Below, piece after piece: positions 1 to 9,668 of a stretch of DNA of 43,848 nt; positions within the stretch are counted from its first letter, which is position 1; each line of letters starts with the position of its first letter. The notes beneath the pieces are model-generated. The model worked only from the letters and a program-made list of their open reading frames with translations. It was not told the DNA's origin and searched no databases. The DNA is taken from sequence record SRR16203515_660, one strand, 5' to 3'. Both the position numbers and the translations under genes were made by a program.

Positions 1-223
1 CGCCGCCTGTTTTGCCGTAGGCAAACCTGCGGTTTGACGGGGCGGGCAGCGCCATGCCAATCTAACGATTGGCTGGGTGCCTTGAATTGACAGATCAAAT
101 TCCAGTGGCTTGGGCATAAGCCCTTGCTCGCGCTCAGACCGCGCAATATCTGAAGTCAAAAAACCTTATCGCGCGGTGGGATCGCTTTTGGAATGGTCAA
201 TTTTTAATCGTGAGCGATTTGGT

Positions 224-1459
224 CTATGCCGCACGCTTATTAAACGTGGGGGCCGCCACGATGCCACCGTCAAACAATTTTGCGATTTCGCGATCACTCA
301 TTCCGACGACATCACCTAGGATTTCTTCGGTATGTTCCCCCAATTGCGGGGCGTTGACCGCATTTGGGGTGTCACAGGCGTCAAATGTCATTGGCGATTT
401 GGGGACCAGATAGGACCCGCTTGTCCCCTGTTGTGTTTCAACAAACATTGGGTTTGCGGCACTTAGGTCCGCGTCCTCTGCCAAGGCACGTTTTGTTGTC
501 CGAAATTCTGACCACGTCAGACCCGCCGCATCAAACAGTGGCGCGATGTCCGTCAGGTTACGCTCTTGAAACCATGGGGATAGAAGCGCTGTGATGTGAT
601 GGCGCATCGCCCAGCGCGCACCTTCGTCATTCAGATCGGCTTTGTGTTCATGCGCCAAACGCTGCATCACCTCGGCACTGTCGGTCGCCTTAACGATCCC
701 GCGCCATTGACGTTCGGTTAGCCCAATGATCATGATGCGACGCCCATCCGCACACAAGAAATCCTGTCCATACGCGCCATAAAGCGCATTGCCCGATTTC
801 CCGCGCTCTTGCGCATTCAGGGTTGCATCCCCGATCATCCCAAGGTGGCCAATCACGGCGGATGCCACATCCTTTAGGTTCAGATCAACCGCCTGCCCTG
901 TGCCGTGGCGCAGGCGATGACGCTCTGCCGCAAGAAGGGCCGAAACACACATATTTCCCGCAATCAAGTCCCACGCAGGCAGGGCATTTGCCGTGGGATC
1001 GGTTGATCCCTCTGGTCCTGTGATATCCGGAATGCCAAGGGCAGGGTTCACCGTGTAATCCACCTGCGGGCGGCCATGTCTGTCCCCACTTAGCGTAACA
1101 GTAACCAAATCAGAGCGATACTGTGACAATGTTTCGTGATCCATCCAACCGCGCACACGCAAGTTGGTCAGGAACAGGCCCGCATCCTCGCCGGGTGCTG
1201 TGATGATCTGTGTAATCAATTCTTTCCCACGCGGGTCTTTCATATCGATTGCGATGGATTTTTTGCCCTTGTTCATGCCGTCCCAAAACAGGCTTTGTCC
1301 GTTAGGGGCGAGTGGCCAGCGTCCCGCATCCAAGCCACCCTGAAGGCGATCAAAACGGATTACTTCGGCGCCCATTTGCGCCAATGTCATTCCCGCAAGC
1401 GGAACTGCGACAAATGCCGATCCCTCTACAACGCGCATTCCACTTAAAATCCCGCTCAT
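224..1459 (-). CDS. mct: CaiB/BaiF (family III) CoA transferase, mesaconyl-CoA C1-C4 CoA transferase (2-methylfumaryl-CoA isomerase)-like
   Basis: N-terminus MSGILSGMRVVEGSAFVAVPLAGMTLAQMGAEVIRFD, plus NKGKKSIA, VDYTVNP, LPAWD and APQLGEHT, closely resemble Chloroflexus Mct as I recall it. ATG at 1459 overlaps the upstream stop (ATGA). Confidence 0.85.
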   Translation of the reverse strand: MSGILSGMRVVEGSAFVAVPLAGMTLAQMGAEVIRFDRLQGGLDAGRWPLAPNGQSLFWDGMNKGKKSIAIDMKDPRGKELITQIITAPGEDAGLFLTNLRVRGWMDHETLSQYRSDLVTVTLSGDRHGRPQVDYTVNPALGIPDITGPEGSTDPTANALPAWDLIAGNMCVSALLAAERHRLRHGTGQAVDLNLKDVASAVIGHLGMIGDATLNAQERGKSGNALYGAYGQDFLCADGRRIMIIGLTERQWRGIVKATDSAEVMQRLAHEHKADLNDEGARWAMRHHITALLSPWFQERNLTDIAPLFDAAGLTWSEFRTTKRALAEDADLSAANPMFVETQQGTSGSYLVPKSPMTFDACDTPNAVNAPQLGEHTEEILGDVVGMSDREIAKLFDGGIVAAPTFNKRAA

Positions 1460-2304
1460 ACCGTTGTCCCCCAAATCGCATTGGCCTGCATGCATTGATG
1501 TCCCGACGAAGCGGAAAAGAGGCGCATATTTGCGGCATCATCATTCACACCGAGAATTGAAAAATCTTCACCCGCGAAGGCAGGATGCACGCCGCGGAAA
1601 TCAAAATATTGCGGAATTGCTCCGCGGTGTTGCACCGCCGCTTGCATCAACAATGTCGCCTGCAACGGACCATGCACGACCAAACCTGGATAACTTTCTT
1701 CATTTCGCGCGTACTCTGCGTCGTAGTGGATGCGATGCGCGTTAAACGTTACCGCAGAATAGCGGAACAAAAGCGGACTGGTCATGTCCATTTCAATTTG
1801 AAAATCCGCCGTACTGGGCACGGGACGTTTTTTCGGGGGCGCATATGTTTTTGGAATTTCCAGATAGGCAATATCCTGACGTTCGGTTATCGCAACCCCT
1901 TGAGGACCAGAAATGATGTGATCCACCGTCACCAATGCCATGGGTCCTGCGCCCGTTTCCTTTTCCACCACATCGCGAATAGTGGATGTGCGTGTCATCA
2001 CATCGCCAATGCGTAGCGGGGCGTGAAATTCCAATGCGCCACCTGCCCACATCCGGCGTGGCAGTTTAATCGGGGGTAGAAAATCACCGCCCTTGGCATG
2101 CCCATCCGTTTTCAAATCACGGGTCATCGCATCAGGGCCGAACGCACACCAATGCCACAGCCCGGGCATTGAATCCCCTATCTGTGGCGCATCGCTGCCG
2201 GCCAAGCCCACAGTTGCGTGGATCATTCTGGCACGCTCTGCCGTAATACAGTCACGCTCTGTTTTCGTTTTGCCTGCCCAGACTGATACATTCAATTGAT
2301 CCAT
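1456..2304 (-). CDS. Double hot-dog (MaoC/FAS1-like) acyl-CoA hydratase, mesaconyl-C4-CoA/itaconyl-CoA hydratase-like
   Basis: PRRMWAGG, LFRYSAVTFNAHRIHYD and GLVVHGPL motifs; translationally coupled to mct. Confidence 0.85.
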   Translation of the reverse strand: MDQLNVSVWAGKTKTERDCITAERARMIHATVGLAGSDAPQIGDSMPGLWHWCAFGPDAMTRDLKTDGHAKGGDFLPPIKLPRRMWAGGALEFHAPLRIGDVMTRTSTIRDVVEKETGAGPMALVTVDHIISGPQGVAITERQDIAYLEIPKTYAPPKKRPVPSTADFQIEMDMTSPLLFRYSAVTFNAHRIHYDAEYARNEESYPGLVVHGPLQATLLMQAAVQHRGAIPQYFDFRGVHPAFAGEDFSILGVNDDAANMRLFSASSGHQCMQANAIWGTTV

Positions 2305-2377
2305 GGGATACCCTCGTTGTCATAAAGGTTAACGTAGCATGAAAAAATAATTTTTATAACAAAATCAGACACTTATG

Positions 2378-2399
2378 TGAATACAATCGTATACATTCA
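2378..2399. promoter_or_regulatory. Putative GntR/FadR-type operator in the divergent promoter region
   Basis: TGAATACAATCGTATACATTCA: TGAAT/ATTCA inverted ends, a GTATAC core and ATACA repeated at 10 bp spacing, about 75 bp upstream of the hydratase start. Confidence 0.4.
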
Positions 2400-2612
2400 A
2401 AAATGCTGCAGATGCACGGACACACATTCGCGCTGAATTCATTCACCTTTTTCCTGCTTCATGCTGCAACTGCATAGGATATGGGCAAGGTGTCGCACCC
2501 CCCTGTTTTCATCCAAATCTAACAGTGTTTTCCGCCTATTTCGCAAAAATACTTGAATAATCTTGTGCCATGGTCACTCTGTGCGAAAACACAGATCACC
2601 TTGGGGATGGAT

Positions 2613-3728
2613 ATGACAAAAATTGGAATTGGCGTTGTTGGCGGTGGCTATATGGGGAAGGCGCACAGCGTTGCTATGGCCGCGGTTGGCGCCGTGTTTG
2701 ACACGAAACTGCGCCCTGTTTTGCAAACGATCGCAGCCTCCTCTGCCGAAAGCGCAGAACGCTATCGCGCCAGTTATGGATACGAACGCGCTGCGCGGGA
2801 TTGGCGTGATCTGGTACACGATCCCAAGGTCGCGGCCGTTGTCATCGCATCGCCCCAAGATACGCATGAAGCCATCGCGCGTGAGGCGATCGCATTGGGC
2901 AAACCTGTACTGTGCGAAAAACCCATTGCCGACACACTCGACGGTGCACGCAAAATGGTGGACTTGGCCGAGGGTGCAAATGTGCCCAACATGGTCGGCT
3001 TTAACTATATCCGCACGCCTGCATCCCGCTTTGCCCATGATCTGATCCAAGCAGGAGAGATTGGCGATATCACATGGTTTCGCTGTGAACATACCGAGGA
3101 TTTTTTGTCCGATCCCAATTTGCCAAAAAACTGGCGATGCGAGGGGATGGCAACCGGCAATATGGGCGATTTGGCCCCCCACCCCGTCAACGCCGCCCTG
3201 CACCTGATGGGCCCGATTGAGCGCGTTATGGCAGAGGTTGAAACAGTTCACAAAACCCGACCAGGTGGTCAGGTCACCAATGACGATCATGCCCAAATAA
3301 TGTGCCGTTTTAAAAATGGCGTGATGGGTCATATTTATTCCAGTCGAGTCGCGACAGGCCGCAAAATGGGGTATGCCTATGAAATTCATGGCACCAAAGG
3401 TTCAATTCGATTTGATCAAGAGGATCAAAACGCGATCTGGCTCTATCGTACCGAAGGGCCCGAGGCAGAGCGCGGGTTTCGCAAAATCCTGACAGGTCCC
3501 GAACATCCAGATTATTTACCATTTTGTCAGGGCCCGGGTCATGGGACCGGATATCAGGATATGATCATTATCGAGGCCAAAGATTTCCTTGAAGCCATCG
3601 AAACAGGGGAAGCACGTTTTCCCACATTCCGCGATGGATTGGCCGTGGCCGAGGTGATTGACGCCGCCATCCGATCCTCGAACACAGGGACATGGGTGGA
3701 TGTGCCCGATGTATTGGGGGGTGCTTGA
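2613..3728 (+). CDS. Gfo/Idh/MocA family NAD(P)-dependent oxidoreductase
   Basis: GVVGGGYMG Rossmann motif, CEKP, VGFNY and DLAPH motifs; start at MTKIG chosen from GGGGA upstream. Confidence 0.92.
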   Translation: MTKIGIGVVGGGYMGKAHSVAMAAVGAVFDTKLRPVLQTIAASSAESAERYRASYGYERAARDWRDLVHDPKVAAVVIASPQDTHEAIAREAIALGKPVLCEKPIADTLDGARKMVDLAEGANVPNMVGFNYIRTPASRFAHDLIQAGEIGDITWFRCEHTEDFLSDPNLPKNWRCEGMATGNMGDLAPHPVNAALHLMGPIERVMAEVETVHKTRPGGQVTNDDHAQIMCRFKNGVMGHIYSSRVATGRKMGYAYEIHGTKGSIRFDQEDQNAIWLYRTEGPEAERGFRKILTGPEHPDYLPFCQGPGHGTGYQDMIIIEAKDFLEAIETGEARFPTFRDGLAVAEVIDAAIRSSNTGTWVDVPDVLGGA

Positions 3729-4138
3729 TGATCGCAATCGAAACAGCCCAAGAGTTTTTAAAGGACAACTTTGCTCAATGGATTTTGGACATGGGCATCA
3801 CAGTAACCGATATGCCCGATCATGGGGCCACAATGGAAATTCCCATCACTCCGCATGTTGAACGGGTCGGTGGGATCGTTTGTGGTCAGGCGCTCAGCTC
3901 GCTTGCTGACACCGCCATGGTGTTTGCCTGTTTTTCGGCGATGGATGGGTTTAAACCTGTGGCGACCACCAATCTTGAAACACGTTTCCTCAGTGGTGCA
4001 AAAGGCGAACGGATCACATGCGCGGCCCGCGTGATTAAACAGGGTCGCTCCCTCATATTTTGCGAAGCGACCTTAACGGCCATGCCCAGCGCACGTGCAG
4101 TTGCCAGCGCATCAGCCACGTTTTTTGTCCCGAACTAG
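3728..4138 (+). CDS. PaaI family hot-dog thioesterase
   Basis: GGIVCGQALSSLADTAM and ATTNLETRFL; TGATG coupling to the upstream gene. Confidence 0.88.
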   Translation: MIAIETAQEFLKDNFAQWILDMGITVTDMPDHGATMEIPITPHVERVGGIVCGQALSSLADTAMVFACFSAMDGFKPVATTNLETRFLSGAKGERITCAARVIKQGRSLIFCEATLTAMPSARAVASASATFFVPN

Positions 4139-4881
4139 GCCTTTGCGATAAACTCTGCAGCGCTCATCGCGTGATAATTCACGCGGTCAATGTTCAAATC
4201 AATGGGGGATGGGTCAACCACGTCTATTTCAGCCCCCGTCATAATCGCAGCGCGTAGGGCAATGTTCGTGATATTCACGTTAAAGGATGTGCCCATGAAC
4301 ACGAACCGCGTGGCCGTTGACATCCAATGTTCCGCCTCGCCCATTCGATAAAGATCGGTGTAATATTCATCAAACAGCAAGACAAAGGGTTTTAAGGAAT
4401 GTCCCATTTCTGGGATCAGAGAGGTTTTCGAAATACGGAATGCATCCAACAGGGCCGATTTCACCGCCTGATCGTCCTCTAACTCAGGGCAGGCATCCAC
4501 CACTTGTTCCCAAGGCGCATCGAGCAAGGGCACCAATTCCCCCTGCTGATGCAGCATGGTGACCTTATCCAATCGTCCGTGAATTGGAATGTAGTCGGGA
4601 TTGCCCGCCTTGCCGTCCAATCCATCAATGTTTTGGGTGATCAACCGTTTATCGGACAGCCAATGATGCACGTCATTTGGCATCACATTTCGATAGGATG
4701 CGAAACGCCGAAAATACCACAACAGAAATTCATCTGGGGCGTTCAAATACATCGCGCGCGTTGCCATTTCTTGGGGTGTGTAATTGATGCTGCCCACGGT
4801 CCAAAATCCATCCTGCCCCCGAAAGGTTGGAATGCCGCTTTCTGCGCTGACGCCTGCGCCTGTGATGTAAACTGTGCTCAT
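4135..4881 (-). CDS. Sir2/CobB family NAD-dependent protein deacylase
   Basis: GAGVSAESGIPTFRG, TQNIDGL, catalytic HG and GTS motifs. Confidence 0.9.
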   Translation of the reverse strand: MSTVYITGAGVSAESGIPTFRGQDGFWTVGSINYTPQEMATRAMYLNAPDEFLLWYFRRFASYRNVMPNDVHHWLSDKRLITQNIDGLDGKAGNPDYIPIHGRLDKVTMLHQQGELVPLLDAPWEQVVDACPELEDDQAVKSALLDAFRISKTSLIPEMGHSLKPFVLLFDEYYTDLYRMGEAEHWMSTATRFVFMGTSFNVNITNIALRAAIMTGAEIDVVDPSPIDLNIDRVNYHAMSAAEFIAKA

Positions 4882-4993
4882 CCCTGTGGCTCTTTCATTG
4901 CTGTTTCATTGTGTGATTTTATCAAACTAAATTGACCTACCTAAAATCAAGTGTAACGTGAAAGCCAACCGCACAGTCGCATAGGGGACCAAT

Positions 4994-6166
4994 ATGAATA
5001 TCTTGCCAGTCATCTCAAATTTCAAAGATCAGATGGAAGTGATCTATAAGGATTTTCACCAACATCCTGAAATCGGATTTGAAGAGGTGCGCACAAGTCA
5101 GATTGTGGCCCAATACCTGAACGATTTTGGCGTGGATGAGGTGCATACGGAAATCGGTGTGACGGGTGTTGTTGGCGTGATCAGGGGAAAGCACGCAGGA
5201 AACCGCCGCGTGGGGTTGCGTGCGGATATGGACGCCTTGCCCATTCATGAGGAAACGGACCTGCCCTATAAATCGCAATCTGATGGCAAAATGCACGCCT
5301 GTGGTCATGATGCACATACTACCATGCTGCTGGGTGCGGCGAAACATTTGGCCGAAACGCGCAATTTTCAGGGCGAGGTGATCGTGATTTTCCAACCCGC
5401 AGAAGAGGGTTTGGGCGGCGCCAAAGCGATGATTGAAGATGGGCTGTTTGATCGCTTCCCTTGTGACGAAGTTTACGGCATGCACAATTCGCCCAGCGGA
5501 AAACCAGGCACCTTTGAAATTTGCCGCGGGGCGGCAATGGCAGGAGCTGCGTTCTTTGATATTCATGTCACAGGGAAAGGCGCGCATGCGGCCATGCCCC
5601 AAAATTCCAAGGATGCCATTCAAATCACAAATTCACTGATCACCGATTTGAATGCCATCATCAGCCGCAATGTTCCCCCATTGGATACCTGCGTGCTATC
5701 AATCACACAGGTGCATGCAGGATCCGCATATAACGTCATCCCACAAACGGCGCATCTGTGCGGGACAATCCGATATTTTAAGGATGATATCTTCAATCTG
5801 GTGTGTGATCGCATGCAGGCCATCTGCAAGGGCGTCGGAACGGCTTATGACGCCGAGGTGAAATTGGACATTCGCCATGCCTTTACCGTTCTGGAAAATG
5901 ATCATGACCTTAGCTCGGCCTATTTGGATGCGGCCACCGACATCGTGGGCGCGGATCAAGTATCTGACAAAATTCAACCCGCCACAGGGTCCGAGGATTT
6001 TGCGGATATGTTGAAATCCATTCCGGGCGCCTATTGTCGTGTGGGCCATGTTGGGACAGTTGGGCTGCACAATCCGTCCTTCACCTTGGGGCTTGAGGTT
6101 TTGCCCGTAGGCGCATCCATCATGGCGCGGGTTGCGGAAAAACGTCTGACCCCGAACGCCGTCTGA
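4994..6166 (+). CDS. M20D amidohydrolase (hippurate hydrolase-like)
   Basis: HPEIGFEE, LRADMDALP, MHACGHDAHT, FQPAEEG, GSEDF and LHNP motifs. Confidence 0.93.
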   Translation: MNILPVISNFKDQMEVIYKDFHQHPEIGFEEVRTSQIVAQYLNDFGVDEVHTEIGVTGVVGVIRGKHAGNRRVGLRADMDALPIHEETDLPYKSQSDGKMHACGHDAHTTMLLGAAKHLAETRNFQGEVIVIFQPAEEGLGGAKAMIEDGLFDRFPCDEVYGMHNSPSGKPGTFEICRGAAMAGAAFFDIHVTGKGAHAAMPQNSKDAIQITNSLITDLNAIISRNVPPLDTCVLSITQVHAGSAYNVIPQTAHLCGTIRYFKDDIFNLVCDRMQAICKGVGTAYDAEVKLDIRHAFTVLENDHDLSSAYLDAATDIVGADQVSDKIQPATGSEDFADMLKSIPGAYCRVGHVGTVGLHNPSFTLGLEVLPVGASIMARVAEKRLTPNAV

Positions 6167-6168
6167 TT

Positions 6169-6762
6169 TTGTCCGTTCTCGCGGCCTCACTCCCCCTGTT
6201 GTTGTTCATATTTGCGGGTCTGTTTTCGCCTGGGCCAAATGTTGTGATGCTAACAACATCGGGGGCACGATTTGGGTTTCGCGCAACCCTGCCGCACCTA
6301 TTGGGTGTGCCGATCGGAACAGGCCTCTTGGCTGCGGCCAGTGTTTTGGGCGTACAAAGCGTTTTGTTTGCGCTGCCCACAATCGAATTCACAATCAAAG
6401 TGATTTCTGCACTATGGATCCTCTGGCTTGCTTGGAAACTGATCAACGCATCGCGTGCAAAGGCACAGGACCGGGATCGTCCATTTACGTTTTTTCAGGC
6501 GGTCCTTTTCCAAGTTGTGAACCCAAAAGTCTGGGCCGTCGCCCTTGCCGCCTCTGCAGGGTTTTCTATTGATCTAAACATTTGGGCCGAGGCCGTGCGC
6601 CTGTTCCTTGGGTTTAGTTTGATTAATCTGTTCGTGTGTTTATTCTGGACCTCTGCGGGGCATGTGATGGCAGGTTATTTACAACGCCCCGTAATTTGGC
6701 GCACATTCATGACAGTCATGGCCGCAATGATGGCCAGTTCCGCCGCCCTGATTTTCATGTGA
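6169..6762 (+). CDS. LysE/RhtB family amino-acid exporter
   Basis: SPGPN and NPKVW motifs, multiple hydrophobic helices; TTG start. Confidence 0.9.
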   Translation: MSVLAASLPLLLFIFAGLFSPGPNVVMLTTSGARFGFRATLPHLLGVPIGTGLLAAASVLGVQSVLFALPTIEFTIKVISALWILWLAWKLINASRAKAQDRDRPFTFFQAVLFQVVNPKVWAVALAASAGFSIDLNIWAEAVRLFLGFSLINLFVCLFWTSAGHVMAGYLQRPVIWRTFMTVMAAMMASSAALIFM

Positions 6763-6773
6763 CTGGGGATACT

Positions 6774-7409
6774 ATGCATAAACCATTTGAAGGTGTTGAA
6801 AACCTAGAAGCCGCCTATGATCTGGAAACACCGGAGGACAACATGAAGCTTTATGCAGACTGGGCCGACACCTATGACACAGGGTATCGCGCCAGCATGG
6901 ATTATATTTTGCATCGTCAAGTTGGTGAAACCTATCACGGGTTGGGCGGGGTGCCAAAGGTGTTGGACATTGGCGCGGGAACGGGTGCATTGGCCGAAGT
7001 GTTGGTTCCCCTTGGCTCCTATGACATGGATGCCACGGATATATCCCAACAGATGCTGGATGTCGCAGCGCAAAAAGACCTGTATCGACGTATCTTTTGG
7101 TCGGATGTGACCGATGCATTGCCCGTTGATGATGCCACTTATGATGGTGTGGTCAGTTCGGGCACCTTTACCTTGGGCCACGTGGGACCAGAGGCGATTG
7201 GTGAACTGTTGCGCGTGACGAAAACAGGCGGTCATATCGTGATTTCGGTAAACGAACATCATTGGCATGCGCTTCATTTTGAACGCGTTTTGGACGCGAT
7301 GGCGGATCAATACGATACCTATGAAACTCGCGCTGTGGCGATTTATGGGGACAGCGCAGATCATGAGCATAAAGATGATCTAGCCCGCGCATTGATCATC
7401 AAAAAATAA
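6774..7409 (+). CDS. Class I SAM-dependent methyltransferase
   Basis: VLDIGAGTG, DISQQML and GTFTLGHV motifs; GGGGA RBS before ATG 6774. Confidence 0.9.
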   Translation: MHKPFEGVENLEAAYDLETPEDNMKLYADWADTYDTGYRASMDYILHRQVGETYHGLGGVPKVLDIGAGTGALAEVLVPLGSYDMDATDISQQMLDVAAQKDLYRRIFWSDVTDALPVDDATYDGVVSSGTFTLGHVGPEAIGELLRVTKTGGHIVISVNEHHWHALHFERVLDAMADQYDTYETRAVAIYGDSADHEHKDDLARALIIKK

Positions 7410-7461
7410 GCCTTGAAGGGCCTCTGCATAATTGTGGGTCTTCGACGAAATGAGGGCAGTG

Positions 7462-7578
7462 CCTGCCTGGGTAGGCGCAAAGGCAGGATGGTTCAAAATG
7501 AAAATGCTAAGCTTGAAAAACCAACGTTTCAAAGTACTGATAGCCTGAAAGCGCCTGCCGAGGGGGCAGGCAGGCGCT
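7462..7578. repeat. Pair of related GC-rich palindromes (REP-like intergenic element)
   Basis: CCTGCCT(7462-68)...AGGCAGG(7481-87) and AGCGCCTGCC(7550-59)...GGCAGGCGCT(7569-78) share a CCTGCC/GGCAGG core. Confidence 0.45.
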
Positions 7579-7712
7579 GCCCGGCGGCGCCGCTTGATGG
7601 AACATATCAGGTGGGTTTTCGCAGTATTCTGAGGTCTTAGCACACGATTGACTTTTTGGTGCCAAACACCACCCTCTAGCATGCTGTAGGACTGAAATAA
7701 GGGATAGATCAA

Positions 7713-8150
7713 ATGAACGCAAAACGCACAACACTTGCCTATCTTTTTGGCTTTGCTGGGACACTTCCGTTTTTGTGGGGTGCTGTTACGCAGTTCGTGC
7801 AAATTCCGTTATCTGCCAATTTGTTGGGCGCCCAGTTGCAGGTGCCCTATGGCATTGTCATTTTTGCCTATATGTCAGGCACCCATTGGAACTTCGCAGC
7901 GCGATATCAACAGGGTGAAAGCCCCGCGGCCTATATTTTCGCGGTTATGCCTGCCCTATTGCTTTTTGCCGTTATGGTTTTTGTGCCCCAGCATCTTCAT
8001 CTGGCGCTGATGATCGGGTTCCCGATGTTGTTAATGGCTGATCGCTATTTCGCGCATGCGGGTGTCACACCTTCGTGGTGGATGAACCTGCGTTTGTGGC
8101 TGAGCAGTATTGTGACGCTGGCTTTGCTAATCACCTATATCGCTGCCTAA
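7713..8150 (+). CDS. DUF3429-like membrane protein
   Basis: GFAGTLPF, YGIVIFAYMSGTHW and PSWWMNLRLWLS pattern; several TM helices. Confidence 0.75.
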   Translation: MNAKRTTLAYLFGFAGTLPFLWGAVTQFVQIPLSANLLGAQLQVPYGIVIFAYMSGTHWNFAARYQQGESPAAYIFAVMPALLLFAVMVFVPQHLHLALMIGFPMLLMADRYFAHAGVTPSWWMNLRLWLSSIVTLALLITYIAA

Positions 8151-8945
8151 TCATCCCCTCTGCACATATCGCGCGCCTTTATTGGGCGGCGGCTCTTTCC
8201 CACCTGCAAAACACTGCGCTGTTTCCATCCAACGCCGCGCAACATCCCCTGTCATCTGTAAATCTGTATCCGCCACATTGCGGGTCTGTGTGACCACTTG
8301 TGCAAAGGCCACGGCGCTTCCGATAATGGCATTTTCCATGTCAATGTCACCGTATTCCCAGATTTGCCCAGAGGGAGCCGTTAGTTTCAAATATGGCCGC
8401 TGATCGGGCACGTCAAACCCCTGCACCATATGGGACCAGCCAAAGGTATTCACCCCAAGGATCACGATGTTTTCAATCCGATCCGTGTCAATGCGTGACT
8501 GCCCCAAACAATCGAACACTTCGTGCCCATGGGCCCATGTTTCCATTTGACGTGCGGTGATGGACGAACGTACCGACATATCGGGCCCTGCCCATTTCAC
8601 TCGCATTTTTGGATCAACCCCATCCAGTCGGGCACAAAAATCCCGATAATGATTGCGCCATGCTTCCACCAAGGATCCACCCCGCAATGTGACGCACGCG
8701 TTTTCAACAGGGCGCATGCCACGTTGTTGAATGTCGGGTAGGATGTCGGCAATCGTTTTGGAAAAATCCGCTGGTCGAAAAATGGAATGATCCGCCTGAA
8801 GGTTCCAGAAATATAGATGCACAATCACATCCTCAATACGCCATCCCTTGAACTGCGTTGGACGTGCGAAATCATCTCCATCCAAGGGGTCAAGGACTGC
8901 AGACAGGGCCTCACACTCGGCCAAAAAATCAATGGTTTGTTTCAT
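8151..8945 (-). CDS. TIGR03084-like protein (MDMPI/DinB-like metal-binding N domain)
   Basis: PTQFKGWRIEDVIVHL, WAGPDMS, ARQMETWAHG and AQCFAG motifs; GAGGAG RBS before ATG 8945. Confidence 0.82.
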   Translation of the reverse strand: MKQTIDFLAECEALSAVLDPLDGDDFARPTQFKGWRIEDVIVHLYFWNLQADHSIFRPADFSKTIADILPDIQQRGMRPVENACVTLRGGSLVEAWRNHYRDFCARLDGVDPKMRVKWAGPDMSVRSSITARQMETWAHGHEVFDCLGQSRIDTDRIENIVILGVNTFGWSHMVQGFDVPDQRPYLKLTAPSGQIWEYGDIDMENAIIGSAVAFAQVVTQTRNVADTDLQMTGDVARRWMETAQCFAGGKEPPPNKGARYVQRG

Positions 8946-9059
8946 CGTCTGCTCCTCATCTTGTCGGGAATAAGTGTAATCCTGCCCCATTTGGAAACAA
9001 GTCCATTCTGATGCACATTCGCCATAGACAGACATCCAAATCCTTGGTTTTATGGATTC

Positions 9060-9668
9060 ATGCCACATGATGATCATAGCCATTCACTCCTCCCCTCTGA
9101 TCCCGCGTTGCGGGTCAAGGCATTGGAAACCCTACTTGTTGAAAAGGGCTTGGTTGATCCTGCGGCCTTGGATGAAATCATTGATACCTATTCGCACAAA
9201 ATCGGCCCACAAAACGGGGCCAAAGTTGTTGCAAAAGCATGGGTGGACCCAGATTTTCGCGCAGCCTTGTTCGCCGATGCAACATCGGCTGTGCACGATC
9301 TTGGGTATTATGGACGCCAAGGCGAACATATGGTTGCCTTGGAAAATACCGCAACCACACATAACTTGGTCGTCTGCACATTGTGCAGTTGTTACCCATG
9401 GCCATTGCTGGGCATTCCGCCAGGTTGGTACAAGTCTGATGCCTATCGCGCGCGTGCCGTGCGTGAACCCCGCGCAGTATTGTCGGAATTTGGCACAACC
9501 CTAGCGCCTGAAACAAAAATTCGCGTCTGGGACAGTACCGCGGAAATTCGATATTTGGTGATCCCCGAACGTCCGGCAGGTACAGATGGTTGGTCAGAGG
9601 AGCAATTGGCGGACATTGTGACCCGCGATGCCATGATTGGCACCAAATTGGTTGAGGGCCCCGTATGA
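9060..9668 (+). CDS. nthA: Cobalt-type nitrile hydratase alpha subunit
   Basis: [10 protein letters not shown] metal-binding motif (Thr/Tyr form typical of Co-NHases) and [16 protein letters not shown]. Confidence 0.97.
   Translation: MPHDDHSHSLLPSDPALRVKALETLLVEKGLVDPAALDEIIDTYSHKIGPQNGAKVVAKAWVDPDFRAALFADATSAVHDLGYYGRQGEHMVALENTATTHNLVVCTLCSCYPWPLLGIPPGWYKSDAYRARAVREPRAVLSEFGTTLAPETKIRVWDSTAEIRYLVIPERPAGTDGWSEEQLADIVTRDAMIGTKLVEGPV

Noticed and set aside
1-223. Possible gene start at the left edge (minus strand, MPKPLEFD... or MALPAPS...)
   Set aside because: Too short and truncated to assign.
224-2304. Evidence of 3-hydroxypropionate-bicycle autotrophy
   Set aside because: Only two enzymes of the glyoxylate-assimilation branch are present; no malonyl-CoA reductase or propionyl-CoA synthase in the window.
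2574-3389. Long antisense ORFs (this one, and 5015-5623, 23548-24333, 25122-25811, 40765-41607)
   Set aside because: They are shadows of well-supported genes on the opposite strand and have no recognisable motifs.
4135-4881. Anti-phage Sir2 (Thoeris/DSR-type)
   Set aside because: It has CobB-type motifs and length, a metabolic neighbourhood and no defence partners.
7413-7640. 75-aa ORF and overlapping minus-strand ORFs
   Set aside because: They run across the palindromic element, lack an RBS and have atypical composition.
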